64,000 nucleotides of DNA. It comes from Longimicrobiales bacterium. Lineage in GTDB: Bacteria; Gemmatimonadota; Gemmatimonadetes; Longimicrobiales; Gaopeijiaceae. Every line of letters begins with the position of its first letter. Positions within the stretch are counted from its first letter, which is position 1. Positions 30,587 to 40,580 of the stretch are shown one piece after another. The notes under the pieces were generated by a model. That model saw only the letters and a list, made by a program, of their open reading frames with translations, made no database searches and was not told the origin of the DNA. The translations under genes and the position numbers were made by a program. The stretch lies in assembly GCA_965226375.1 (NCBI GenBank), contig CBDDCX010000005.1, forward strand, positions 1 through 64,000. The letters are read 5' to 3'.

Positions 30587-33355
30587 ATGACCGAGCGATG
30601 GCACGTCGACCTCACCGGGGCCGCTGTCAGCGCGCTACGCGCGCTGCCGCGTCAGGAACAGACGAGGGTAGCTGCCCGCATCGAGCACCTGGGGGATGCC
30701 GGACTTCCCCCCGGGCTCCGCGCTTATGCGGACGAGGCGGGATTGTGCTCTGTACCGGCGGGGGATCAGGACCTCATGTGCGTTGAGGTCGCCGAAGAGC
30801 GGCGGATCGTCATCGTGACACTCGGCTCTGAACAGGCACCCGCTCGACCGACCGTTACACGACTGATACGCCACACACTTCCGAGGTGGCTGACCGAAGG
30901 GATGGGAGGAATGATGGGTTCGTTCAGACAGGATTTCCGGTTTGCGTTGCGCTCTCTTCGGCGCAGCCCGGGCTTTGCCGCTACGGCCGTGCTCACGCTC
31001 GCTCTCGGCATCGGCGCCACGGCGTCGATCTTCAGCGTTGCCAACGGCGTGCTACTCAGTCCTCTGCCTTATGCGGACTCGGACGAGATCGTCACGGTGT
31101 GGAGTTCGTGGTCGAATTTCCCCGACAAAACCTGGATGTCGGTCCCTGAATTCCAGTACTACCACCAGAACAATTCCGCCTTCCAGGACATGGCCATCTA
31201 CGGTACGGGGAGCGTCAGCTTCACGGCGGTGGACAATCCCGAGCGTGTAGGGGCTGCGGGCGTCACCCCAAACCTCTTCTCGGTGCTGGGCGTACAGCCG
31301 GTGGTGGGGCGTGTCTTCACCTGGGAGGAGGCGCAGGATTCGATTTCTCCGATCCTGATCGGCTATGAGGCCTGACAGCGTCGCTTCAATGGCGATCCCG
31401 GCATCGTGGGGCGCAGCGTGGAGATCGGCGGCGGCATGTTCCCGGTCATCGGGGTGCTCCCCGAAGGCTTTGTGCTGCCCAACGACTTCGGCTCGCCTAA
31501 CGTGTCTGAGGTCTACTTCCCGCAATACGTGGATTTGGATTCCCCCGCGCAGGTGCCAATCGGCGGCGGAAACCACGGCAACTATGGTGTGGCCCGGCTC
31601 AAGGAGGGACATACCGCGACATCGGGACTGGCCGATCTCGAGAAGATCCTCGACCGGCTTCGGGCGGAAGGTATCTTCCCCGAGGAGAGGAACTTCCATC
31701 CCCGTGTCTACGCTGTCATGGACGACATCCTGGGGACGGCGCGAGGTACCATCTTCGTACTCCTCGGGGCCGTCGGCTTCGTACTTCTGATCGCCTGCGG
31801 GAACGTGGCGAACCTGCTGTTGTCCCGCTCCGAGGTGCGCATGAAGGAGGTCGCGGTGAGAGTGGCCATGGGAGCTGGGCGAGGGCGCATTATTCACCAG
31901 CTCTTTACCGAAAGCCTCGTGATGGCCGGTCTGGCCGGTGCGATCGGCCTTGGCCTGGCGTACGTCGGCGTAGGCGCCCTTCTGGCTATCGATCCCGACG
32001 CCGTTCCCCGCTCGGCCTCCATATCACTCGATGGAACCGTGGTGATGTTCACACTGCTGGTGTCCGCCCTGACCGCAGCAGTCTTCGGGGTCATCCCTGC
32101 GCTGCGGGTAAGCCGAGGGAGTGTGGGCTCCACACTCCAAGAGGGAGGACGGGATGGACGCAGAAGCAGGCGTGCGAGCCGGATGCAGGGCCTGCTCGTG
32201 GCGGCTCAGATGGCGATGGCGGTGGTCTTGCTCACCGGGTCGGGCCTCATGATCAAGACTTTTATCAGCCTGCTCAGCATCGATCCGGGATTCGGCGCCA
32301 CGAACGTCCTGACCATGAGGGTCACCGCCTCCAGCGGGGGGTATCCGGACGGCGAAGCCGTCGCCGGCTTCTACGAGGAGCTGCTCAGGCGCGTCCGTGA
32401 CGTGCCGGGTGTGAAGGGTGCCGGCGCGGCAAGGTTGCTACCCCTGGCCAGTCAGATGGGAGACTCCGGCTTCAGGCCCGCCTGGTATCAGCCCGAGCCG
32501 AACGAATCCACACAGGCGGATTGGCAATACGCGACCTCCGGCTACATAGAGACGATGGGCATCCCGCTAGTGGAGGGTCGCACCTTCGACGAGCGAGACG
32601 TTCGCGACGGCCAGACAGTGGTCATGATCAACGAGCACCTCGCCCGCCGGTACTGGGGGGAGGACAGCCCTCTCGGATCGGAGGTCCTCGCTTTCGGCGC
32701 CGACACGGCCGTGGTCGTGGGCGTGGTCGGAGACGTGAGCCACAACGGAATCACGATGGAAGTGAAGGACCGGTACTATCTGGCTCACGCCCAGGTGCTC
32801 AGGACCGGCAACATGAGGGCCATGACGCTAACGGTCTCCGCTCAGGGGGACCCCAACCGCCTCATCGAACCCATCCGCCGAGAGATTCGCTCTCTGGACC
32901 CGTCCATGCCCATCTCCGACATCCGGACCGTAGACGATGTGCTTGCTGCGTCCGTCGCCCAACCTCGGTTTACCATGGTCCTTCTCGGGGCCTTCTCGAT
33001 CCTGGCGCTGACCCTCGCCCTGGTGGGTATCTATGGTGTGTTGGCCTATATGGTGAGCCAGCGCATCCGGGAGATCGGCATCCGGCTGGCTCTGGGGGCC
33101 GAGGCCGGTCAGGTGATCGGGTTGGTAGTACGCCAGGGAGTGCTCATGGCGATAGCCGGTGTGGTGGTCGGGACCGGAGCGGCCTGGTTCATGACGGACC
33201 TGATGCAGGGGCTGTTGTACGGGGTGACAGCTCAGGACGCTACAACGTTCGTTTCCGTTCCGGCCCTCTTTACCGCCGTGGCCCTGTTGGCCTGTTGGAT
33301 ACCCGCGGCCCGAGCGGCCAGGGTGAGGCCCGCGAGCGCCCTGCGCTACGAGTAG
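30587..33355 (+). pseudogene. Degenerate RelE/ParE-like domain fused to ADOP ABC permease; in-frame TGA at 31373-31375
   Basis: ORFs 30587..31375 and 31406..33355 share a frame and are separated only by TGA in GYEA*QRRFNGDP. N-terminal ~85 aa follow the RelE pattern; the rest is a typical ADOP. Confidence 0.8.
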
Positions 33356-34437
33356 GCTTCCCCGCGGCGCATCCGATCCCGGATTTCGGTGATGCGCCGC
33401 CGGGCGTTGCCCACGGCTTGCTGAAGTCGGGCGGGCTGCGGGTTGAGCGCCTCGCCCAGCTCTATGAACGCCTCGAAGGCCTGAATCGTGAGGCTGCCCT
33501 GTTGCACTCGCTGTAGGGCGCTCTCGGCCCGCTCGAAGTCGCGCTGACTGCAGACGGACCTTTGGTAGGCCACGAGGGCCAGAACGACCGGCCGGTCCTG
33601 GCCCGGGATCGACGTCGCCATGTCGTCGATCCGTCCGAGCGACCGGCGGCCGTCGTCGGTTCGTCCGACTTCGCACTGAGCCTGGCCGAGCGTCAGATAC
33701 GCGTTGAAGCCGGGTGAATCGAACGACACCGCCTCTTCGAGTGCATTGAGCGCGCCCGCCCACTCACCCAGGTTGATGTGGCTTACACCAAGACGCACGA
33801 GGGCCTGCTGATAGGCGCGGGCGTACACGCCCGTCCGCCTCGGGGGCTCCACCATGCGGAGATACGCCCTCGTGGCGGCAACCCAGTCTCCGGCCTGGAC
33901 GGCCTCATTACCCGTCCGAAGGGCCGCGCGGTCGATGCCTGCGTCGGGGTCGGTGGGCCGGGACGGCTGCGCATCCGCCGGGGGCCGTGTGTCCGCCCGA
34001 CCTCCGCCGGCCGAGGGTCTGGTCCCGACGCCTGATGCGATTCGTTCCAGGCGCCGCGTCATCCGCACGGTATAGGGCCCCGCCGATGCCCCCCGTGGCA
34101 CGGTGAGCACCGTGTCCAGCCGGTGATAGGACTCGGCCTCCAGCCGAAGCTCCACCACGAGGTTGTCCTCAGAGACGGCGTGAGCGATACGGTAGGGCTC
34201 GGATGCCGATATCTGCTCCACCGCCGAGGCGTCCAGGGTGATGGGCGCCCGCACCAGGTACCTCACGGTCAGCTGCTCGTCGGTGAGGGCACCTCCCGTG
34301 CCGGCATCCACCGCCTGAACGATGACTTCACTCTGCTCGGGGTCCCTCGCCGGGGGGTCGCCGGCCGGCTCCGCTTCACCGGAGCACCCCCCCAGGAGGA
34401 CAGTGGAGGCCAGGATCCAAACGTCGCGGGGTCGCAT
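33346..34437 (-). CDS. TPR-containing lipoprotein
   Basis: LLGGC lipobox; TPR-like ALVRLGVSHINLGEWAGALNALEEA and AYLTLGQAQCEVG. Confidence 0.7.
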   Translation of the reverse strand: MRPRDVWILASTVLLGGCSGEAEPAGDPPARDPEQSEVIVQAVDAGTGGALTDEQLTVRYLVRAPITLDASAVEQISASEPYRIAHAVSEDNLVVELRLEAESYHRLDTVLTVPRGASAGPYTVRMTRRLERIASGVGTRPSAGGGRADTRPPADAQPSRPTDPDAGIDRAALRTGNEAVQAGDWVAATRAYLRMVEPPRRTGVYARAYQQALVRLGVSHINLGEWAGALNALEEAVSFDSPGFNAYLTLGQAQCEVGRTDDGRRSLGRIDDMATSIPGQDRPVVLALVAYQRSVCSQRDFERAESALQRVQQGSLTIQAFEAFIELGEALNPQPARLQQAVGNARRRITEIRDRMRRGEAYS

Positions 34438-34552
34438 ACGATGTAAAGGAAGACCGAGGCCCTGGAGTGGCAAGCCCCGATTCTTGTTGACCCGACTTCG
34501 TAACGCCCGGTAAGTTCGTGCCTCCACCTTCGGCCATGAGGTAATTCAGTCA

Positions 34553-34973
34553 GTGTCCAAGTGCACGCTGCTCCTGGGCCGCAAGACGATGCAGGTTTAC
34601 GACCTGGATCAGCCGGCCATTCGCATCGGGCGTGAGGAGGATATGGACATCCTCATCGACAACCCGTCCGTGTCCCGGAGACAGGCCGAGATCCGCCGCA
34701 TGGGAGTCGGGTGGTCAGCGCGGCACGCACTTTCTATCGGAGTCTCCGGCTGCGCTCATCGGCACGGACGCCCTCTGTGACGTGAGGGTGCCCAAAGCGC
34801 CCAAGCACCACGTCCTGGTCATCAATTCGGATGACGGCTGTGAGGTCAGGAACCTGCATAACTGGACCAAGATGAAGGTGCACGGGTCCGCTAAGAATCC
34901 GGCGAGTCTGAAAGACGGAGACGTGGTAGTGGTGGGAGGGCTCAAGCTCACATTCGTGGCGGACATCGCCTGA
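34553..34973 (+). pseudogene. Tandem-FHA domain protein with internal deletion/frameshift near 34695
   Basis: First half of an FHA (IRIGRE..DNPSVSRRQAEI) joined out of frame to a second FHA-like domain (WESGGQ..IGTDALCDVRV..LKDGDVVVVG). Confidence 0.65.
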
Positions 34974-34979
34974 CGAACT

Positions 34980-35014
34980 CGAATGGCAGCATGACTGCTG
35001 CTATACCACACTAG
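34980..35014. mobile_element. Solitary end of the IS630-like MITE family seen at 45879
   Basis: 33/35 match to the reverse complement of 45879-45913, ending in CACACTAG. Confidence 0.7.
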
Positions 35015-35035
35015 AAGTGCTTCGGGCCGACCGCG

Positions 35036-35974
35036 CTATCCCCTCAGGACCAGGACCGCGATCACGGCGATCACGATGATGGCTGCCACGCCGAGGATCA
35101 ATCCCACGGGTGGTCGGGTTGGCACCCGCATCTCGTCCAGCTCCCCGAGCTGAGTGCTGGACTCACTTGACGAGGCTGCCGCGCCCGCCGCCGTCTCTGG
35201 CTCTTCTACCTCGGTGGGTGCTTCGAACTCGATCGGCATGGTGCCTACCGGTCGAGTCCTCGGGACTTCGCCGAACTCGGCGATGGCCACCGTGATGTTG
35301 TCGTCACTTCCCCTCTCGTAGGCGGTCGACACCAACGCCTGGGCTGCGCCACGCGGACCACCCGATTCGAGGAACAGGTCCCCGAGGTCGGCATCTGCGA
35401 GCGTCTTATAAAGTCCGTCTGAACAGAGGAGGATCGCCGTATCGCCTTCTACCGGGAACGGTCCGAAGACGTCGACTTCGACCTCCTCATCCGTTCCGAT
35501 CGATCGGGTCAGCGCGTCCTTCCACTGTGACGCCTGCGCCTCTTGTTCAGATTGTCCTCGCTTCATCGCCTCGGCCACGAAGGAGTGGTCCTCTGTGATG
35601 CGGCGTGTCTCCGACCCCGAAATCAGGTAGCACCGGCTGTCGCCCACGTTTGCGACTGCGTAGCCGTCCGCGTCCAGGAGCATGGCCACCATCGTGGTGC
35701 CCATGCCCTGCTTTCCGGGCTCCCTCGCCTTGTCGTTGACGCGGCGGTTGGCGAGACGGAAGGCTTCGTCGAGAGACTGGCCTTCTTCCAGAGCCTCCGC
35801 CAGCGTTTCCAGTGCGAGAGCACTGGCGACCTCCCCTGCCGCATGCCCGCCCATTCCATCGGCGACGGCAACTAGAAGGCGCCCATCCGACAGGGTCCGT
35901 GTAAGGACCGCATCTTCCTGATACGGCCGCAGGCCCGCAATGGACTCGGTGGCAAGCCGGGGTTGCTCCATCAC
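35036..35974 (-). CDS. PP2C-family Ser/Thr phosphatase with C-terminal TM helix (Stp1/PrpC-like)
   Basis: R..QED, VADGMGGHAAGEVAS, GMGTT, NVGDSR, LLCSDGL, GSDDNIT. Confidence 0.93.
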   Translation of the reverse strand: MMEQPRLATESIAGLRPYQEDAVLTRTLSDGRLLVAVADGMGGHAAGEVASALALETLAEALEEGQSLDEAFRLANRRVNDKAREPGKQGMGTTMVAMLLDADGYAVANVGDSRCYLISGSETRRITEDHSFVAEAMKRGQSEQEAQASQWKDALTRSIGTDEEVEVDVFGPFPVEGDTAILLCSDGLYKTLADADLGDLFLESGGPRGAAQALVSTAYERGSDDNITVAIAEFGEVPRTRPVGTMPIEFEAPTEVEEPETAAGAAASSSESSTQLGELDEMRVPTRPPVGLILGVAAIIVIAVIAVLVLRG

Positions 35975-36199
35975 TCCACTCGTCGGCCGTGGGGGTCATG
36001 TCGGTGTGGGGGACTCAGGTACAGATAGGCTGCGAGATGCCGTGGAGCAAGCAAACCGCGACCGTTCGTGCCGTGTGACTGGAGCCTCCGCGAGGCCGGG
36101 ACCGTGCGCCGTGAACGGCCTCCCACTGGACTCTTCCTAGTCAGAATCGCTCCCCTTTGGTATCCTTGTATCCCTGTGTGCCCCACCGATTAGGGCAGG

Positions 36200-36231
36200 G
36201 CCCCGACGTCGGGGCTCCTCATCGCTATAAT
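36200..36231 (+). promoter_or_regulatory. Perfect 16-bp palindrome plus TATAAT -10 box upstream of the FAS cluster
   Basis: GCCCCGACGTCGGGGC at 36200-36215; TATAAT at 36226-36231. Confidence 0.5.
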
Positions 36232-36272
36232 GCCCGGGACCTCTCCCTGACGGACGCTGAGAAACGAACTGC

Positions 36273-37229
36273 GTGAGTATGTCTCATACACCCTTCGGTG
36301 CCGACGAATGGGCACTGATTTTGGGCGGATCGAGCGGCTTCGGGCTCGCCACCGCTCATAAGCTGGCGGAGCACGGACTCAACCTCTGTGTCGTACATCG
36401 TGATCGGCGCGGGGCGATGCGTCGTATCGAACCGGAGTTCGAAGCGATTCGGGAACGGGGCGTCACTCTACTGTCGTTCAATCAGGATGCGCTCGACTCG
36501 GATGTGCGTGCTGGGATTCTCGACGCGCTGGGCGAGGCCCTCGGCGGGGACGGTAAGATCCGAGTCGTGCTCCACTCCATCGCGTTCGGCAACCTCAAAC
36601 TGATCGGGCCGGAGGCGCCAACCTCGAACGAGGCTCGCGAGCGGCTCGCCCAGGCCCTCGGTGTGGAGGAGTCAGCCCTGGAGGCCGCTGCCGACCGCCT
36701 CTTCGAAGAGGGCGTAGACGGTGTTCAGGGGTTGACCACGCCTCCCGAATACGCCGCCGACTCGTTCCTGGAGGAGGAGGACATGGCCCGCACCGTCCAT
36801 TCGATGGGCACCAGCCTCCTCGGGTGGACGCAGGAGCTGCTGACACGAGGCATGTTCGCGGCCGATGCTCGTGTGCTCGGCCTCACCAGTGAGGGTAATG
36901 CGGTCGCCTGGAAGGGGTACGCCGCAGTGGCAGCGGCCAAGGTGGCGCTCGAATCCGTCTCACGCTCCATCGCCGTGGAGATGGCGCCCTTTGGAATCCG
37001 TTCGAACATCGTCCAGGCGGGGGTCACCGATACGCCTGCGTTGCGCCTGATCCCTGGCAGCGCCCACCTGAAGGCGCAGGCACGCACGCGAAATCCTTTC
37101 GGACGACTCACCCGTCCCGAGGACGTGGCCAACGTCATCTATCTCTTGTCTTTACCCGAGTCCGCTTGGATCAACGGAGAAGTCGTCCGAGTGGACGGAG
37201 GAGAGCGTATCTCCGGGGCCTCTCGATGA
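36273..37229 (+). CDS. SDR, enoyl-ACP reductase-like (FabI/FabL type)
   Basis: GGSSGFG, Yx6K (YAAVAAAK), AGVTDT.AL, WINGEVVRVDGG. Confidence 0.8.
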   Translation: MSMSHTPFGADEWALILGGSSGFGLATAHKLAEHGLNLCVVHRDRRGAMRRIEPEFEAIRERGVTLLSFNQDALDSDVRAGILDALGEALGGDGKIRVVLHSIAFGNLKLIGPEAPTSNEARERLAQALGVEESALEAAADRLFEEGVDGVQGLTTPPEYAADSFLEEEDMARTVHSMGTSLLGWTQELLTRGMFAADARVLGLTSEGNAVAWKGYAAVAAAKVALESVSRSIAVEMAPFGIRSNIVQAGVTDTPALRLIPGSAHLKAQARTRNPFGRLTRPEDVANVIYLLSLPESAWINGEVVRVDGGERISGASR

Positions 37230-38221
37230 GCCTGTACCTCCACGGGCTGGGGCACTTCCATCCCGAGAGTGAAATCACCAACCAGTTCCTCACGGATCTC
37301 GATATCGGTACGAACGACCAGTGGATCATGGAGCGGGTGGGAATCCGTGCCCGCCGTACGGTACTTTCCCTCGACTACATCCGGGAGACGCGCAACGCGG
37401 ACCCCGGTGGGGCTGTGGAGGCCGCCCTCTACACTCACGCCGAGACCGGTAGCCGAGCGGCTGCGATGGCTCTCGAGCGCGCGGGGATCACCAAGGACGA
37501 CATCGGCATGGTGATCGCCGGCTCGAGCAAGCCGGAGTGGTCTTCCCCTGCCGATGCTTGCATGATCGCCCAAGCCATGGGCCTGGAGGTGCCGGCCTTC
37601 GATATGAACTCCGCGTGCACGAGCATGTGGGTCGCGCTGTACGCTTTGTCCATGATGCGCCCCGAAGCGTTGCCCGATTACGTCCTGCTGGTGACGCCCG
37701 AGAGCCTCACCACGGCTGTGGATTACTCCGATCGCTCCGCGTCGGTGCTGTGGGGAGACTGCACGACGGCCGCCGTGGTCTCGACCAAGGTCTCCTCCCA
37801 TATGCAGATTCTGGGTAACACGCTGGCGTCGAGTCCGGCGGGGAGCGACAAGGTGGTCGTCCCCCTCTTTGGCCACTTCAGCCAAGAGGGGCGTACCGTG
37901 CAGATGTTCGCGATCAAGAAGACCGTGCGATTGCTCCGGCAGATCCAGAAGGAGTTTCCCCCGCCGGGTCGCTCCCTCCACTTCATCGGGCATCAAGCCA
38001 ACCTCAGGATGCTCGAAACAGTGTGTCAGCACTGCGACATCCAGGATGACCTGCACCATTCGAATGTCGTGGACTTCGGGAATACGGGAGCTGCGGGCGC
38101 TCCGTCGGTTGTGTCCATGAATTGGGATCGATGGGCCGATGGCGATGACGTGGCGATCATCGGAGTCGGCTCAGGACTATCGTGGTCGAGCTACGTACTC
38201 CGCTTTGGGGAGATACCGTGA
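37226..38221 (+). CDS. 3-oxoacyl-ACP synthase III (FabH family)
   Basis: Cys-His-Asn triad: NSACTS, GHQAN, FGNTG; WIMERVGIRARR. Confidence 0.88.
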   Translation: MSLYLHGLGHFHPESEITNQFLTDLDIGTNDQWIMERVGIRARRTVLSLDYIRETRNADPGGAVEAALYTHAETGSRAAAMALERAGITKDDIGMVIAGSSKPEWSSPADACMIAQAMGLEVPAFDMNSACTSMWVALYALSMMRPEALPDYVLLVTPESLTTAVDYSDRSASVLWGDCTTAAVVSTKVSSHMQILGNTLASSPAGSDKVVVPLFGHFSQEGRTVQMFAIKKTVRLLRQIQKEFPPPGRSLHFIGHQANLRMLETVCQHCDIQDDLHHSNVVDFGNTGAAGAPSVVSMNWDRWADGDDVAIIGVGSGLSWSSYVLRFGEIP

Positions 38222-38808
38222 AGTACGATGACTACCGCGAGCGATCGCAGTTCTCGGCAGCAGAGCTGTTGGCATTCTCCCACGGACGGCTTATCGAAGA
38301 CCCACCGTCCGAGTTCAAGGTACGCCTTCCGGTCCCGCCCATGTTGATGGTCGATCGTATCGAGCATATCTCGAGGAAGGGAGCCCGGGGCCGCATCGTG
38401 GCCGAGCGCGACGTGCGGGTCGACGACTGGTTCTTCCAATGTCACTTCCTCGGCGATCCGGTTCAGCCTGGATGTCTCGGCGTGGATGCGGTGTGGCAGC
38501 TCATCGGGTTCTACTGTGGATGGAGCGGTGCTTTGGGCACCGGGCGGGCTCTGGGTTGTTCCGAGGTGGAGTTCTCTGGGCAGATCCGACCCCACGACAA
38601 GGTCGTCCGATACGAAATCAAGATTGTGCGGTATCAGGATCTACCGGCGTCGGGGTCTGCTGTGGCCATCGGGGATGCCAAGGTGCTCGTTGACGGCGAC
38701 GCCATCTACGAGATCAAGAGGGCCAAGGTGGGGGTCTTTCGCGATATCGACTATGCCGATTACCCCTTTCCCTCGGAGCGGTCTCGCGGCGGAAAGATGG
38801 GAGAGTGA
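38218..38808 (+). CDS. fabA: 3-hydroxydecanoyl-ACP dehydratase/isomerase
   Basis: LPVPPMLMVDRI, WFFQCHFLGDPVQPGCLGVDA (His/Asp dyad), GRALG. Confidence 0.88.
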   Translation: MKYDDYRERSQFSAAELLAFSHGRLIEDPPSEFKVRLPVPPMLMVDRIEHISRKGARGRIVAERDVRVDDWFFQCHFLGDPVQPGCLGVDAVWQLIGFYCGWSGALGTGRALGCSEVEFSGQIRPHDKVVRYEIKIVRYQDLPASGSAVAIGDAKVLVDGDAIYEIKRAKVGVFRDIDYADYPFPSERSRGGKMGE

Positions 38809-38810
38809 GC

Positions 38811-39281
38811 ATGTCTGGATCCGTTCGCACCGAACTCACACCGGCCGAGGTTTTGGAGTTACTCCCCCAGCAGGAGCCCTTCCGGTTCCTGGACGAAATT
38901 CTCGAGGTGTCTGAGGACCACATCCTGGCTCGCTACCGGTTCCGGCCCGACGCGGACTTCTACCGTGGGCATTTTCCTGATAACCCGGTGACTCCAGGGG
39001 TCATTCTTCTGGAAGCTTTTGCCCAGGCCGGCGTGGTGGCTCTGGGCCTCTACAACATCGCCCTCGAACTCGGAATCCAGGGCGTGAAGGATCGAGAGGC
39101 TCTGTTCTGTGACGCCAACGTCGACTTCACGGGAGTCGTGAAGCCGGGTGAACGTGTGACCATCTCGGCCAAGAGGGTTTTCTGGCGTCGTGGCAAGTTT
39201 CGCGCCGAGGGAACCATGACGCTGGACGATGGAACCGTCGTCCTGTCCGGCACCATCTCCGGCGTGGGGCGGGTCAAATGA
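38811..39281 (+). CDS. FabZ-family 3-hydroxyacyl-ACP dehydratase
   Basis: LPQQEPFRFLD, GHFPDNPVTPGVILLEA (His/Glu). Confidence 0.88.
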   Translation: MSGSVRTELTPAEVLELLPQQEPFRFLDEILEVSEDHILARYRFRPDADFYRGHFPDNPVTPGVILLEAFAQAGVVALGLYNIALELGIQGVKDREALFCDANVDFTGVVKPGERVTISAKRVFWRRGKFRAEGTMTLDDGTVVLSGTISGVGRVK

Positions 39282-40555
39282 GCCGCCGAGTCGTTGTCAC
39301 GGGAATCGGTGTGGTTGCCCCGAACGGCGTCGGAATCGAGCAGTACGCCAAGGCTCTCCGGGACGGTGTTTCCGGAATCCGGCACAAACCGCTCCTGGAG
39401 GAGCTGAAGTTCGGATGCACCGTGGGGGGGATCCCTCAGGGCACCGACGAGCTAGCTGCCGAATACTTCGAGCCGGACGAGCTCCTCGCCATGAACAGCA
39501 GCCACCGGTACGGGTGTATCGCTGCGGTCGACGCTTGGACGGACGCCGGGTTCGAGCGACCCGAGCCGGGAGACGACCGGATCTATTGGGAAGCCGGCAC
39601 CGTGCTCGGTACCGGGATCGGCGGGCTGGACACCACGGGCGAGAAGCTCGTGCCGATGACTGATGCCGGCCGCGTGCGTAGGCTCGGCAGCACCATTGTG
39701 GAGCAGGTCATGGGCAGCGGTGTCTCGGCGCGTGTGGCCGGACTCCTCGCCCTCGGCAACCAGGTCACTTCGAACTCCAGCGCGTGCAGTACGGGGTTGG
39801 AGGCGATCATCGAGGGGTACCAGCGTATCGGTGAGGGGCGTGCGGAACGTATGCTGTGTGGAGGAGCCGAGGGGTCTAGCCACTATACGTGGGCCGGCTT
39901 CGACTCCATGCGTGTCCTCTGCCGCAACCACAACGACGAGCCCGAGAAAGCCTCACGTCCACTCAGTGCGTCGGCTGGCGGATTCGTTCCCGGAAGCGGC
40001 GCGGGACTACTCCACCTGGAGAGCCTGGAGAGCGCGCAGGAGCGGGGCGCGCGGATCTACGCCGAGGTTCTCGGTGGCGCCCTCAATTGCGGAGGGCATC
40101 GTAGTGGAGGTAGCATGACGGCGCCCAATCCGGCGGGAGTGCAGCGTTGTATCCGCCAGGCGGTGCAAGACGCGTCGATCGATCCGGACGAGATCGACGC
40201 GATCAACGGTCACCTGACGGCCACTGGCGCAGATCCGCGCGAGGTGGCCTCTTGGGCAAAGGCGCTCGAACGGACGCCGGACACGTTCCCGGCTATCACG
40301 TCGACCAAGTCGATGATCGGGCACGGGCTAGGAGCTGCTGGAGGTCTGGAAGCTGTAGCCTGTATCTTGATGCTGGAGGGGGGGTTCGTTCATCCCTCTT
40401 TGAACTGTGAGGATGTACACCCGGAGATCGAGCCTTTTGCGGCCTCGATCCCGCATGTAGTGCGAGAAATGCCGAAGCTGAATGCCATTATCAAAGCCGG
40501 CTTTGGCTTTGGTGATGTAAATTCTTGTGCGATCTTCCGCAGGTGGGTCGCTTAG
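39278..40555 (+). CDS. Beta-ketoacyl-ACP synthase (FabB/FabF family)
   Basis: RRVVVTGIG, SACSTG, NGHLTAT, KSMIGHGLGAAG, FGFGDVN. Confidence 0.92.
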   Translation: MSRRVVVTGIGVVAPNGVGIEQYAKALRDGVSGIRHKPLLEELKFGCTVGGIPQGTDELAAEYFEPDELLAMNSSHRYGCIAAVDAWTDAGFERPEPGDDRIYWEAGTVLGTGIGGLDTTGEKLVPMTDAGRVRRLGSTIVEQVMGSGVSARVAGLLALGNQVTSNSSACSTGLEAIIEGYQRIGEGRAERMLCGGAEGSSHYTWAGFDSMRVLCRNHNDEPEKASRPLSASAGGFVPGSGAGLLHLESLESAQERGARIYAEVLGGALNCGGHRSGGSMTAPNPAGVQRCIRQAVQDASIDPDEIDAINGHLTATGADPREVASWAKALERTPDTFPAITSTKSMIGHGLGAAGGLEAVACILMLEGGFVHPSLNCEDVHPEIEPFAASIPHVVREMPKLNAIIKAGFGFGDVNSCAIFRRWVA

Positions 40556-40580
40556 CACGGGATCGAAACAGGAAACGCAT

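Noticed and set aside
31373..31375. TGA=Trp genetic code or selenocysteine
   Set aside because: TGA terminates many genes here, TGG is used for Trp throughout, and the position aligns to Trp rather than Cys.
35971..36186. 71-aa ORF upstream of PP2C
   Set aside because: No motifs, atypical composition; lies in the divergent promoter region.
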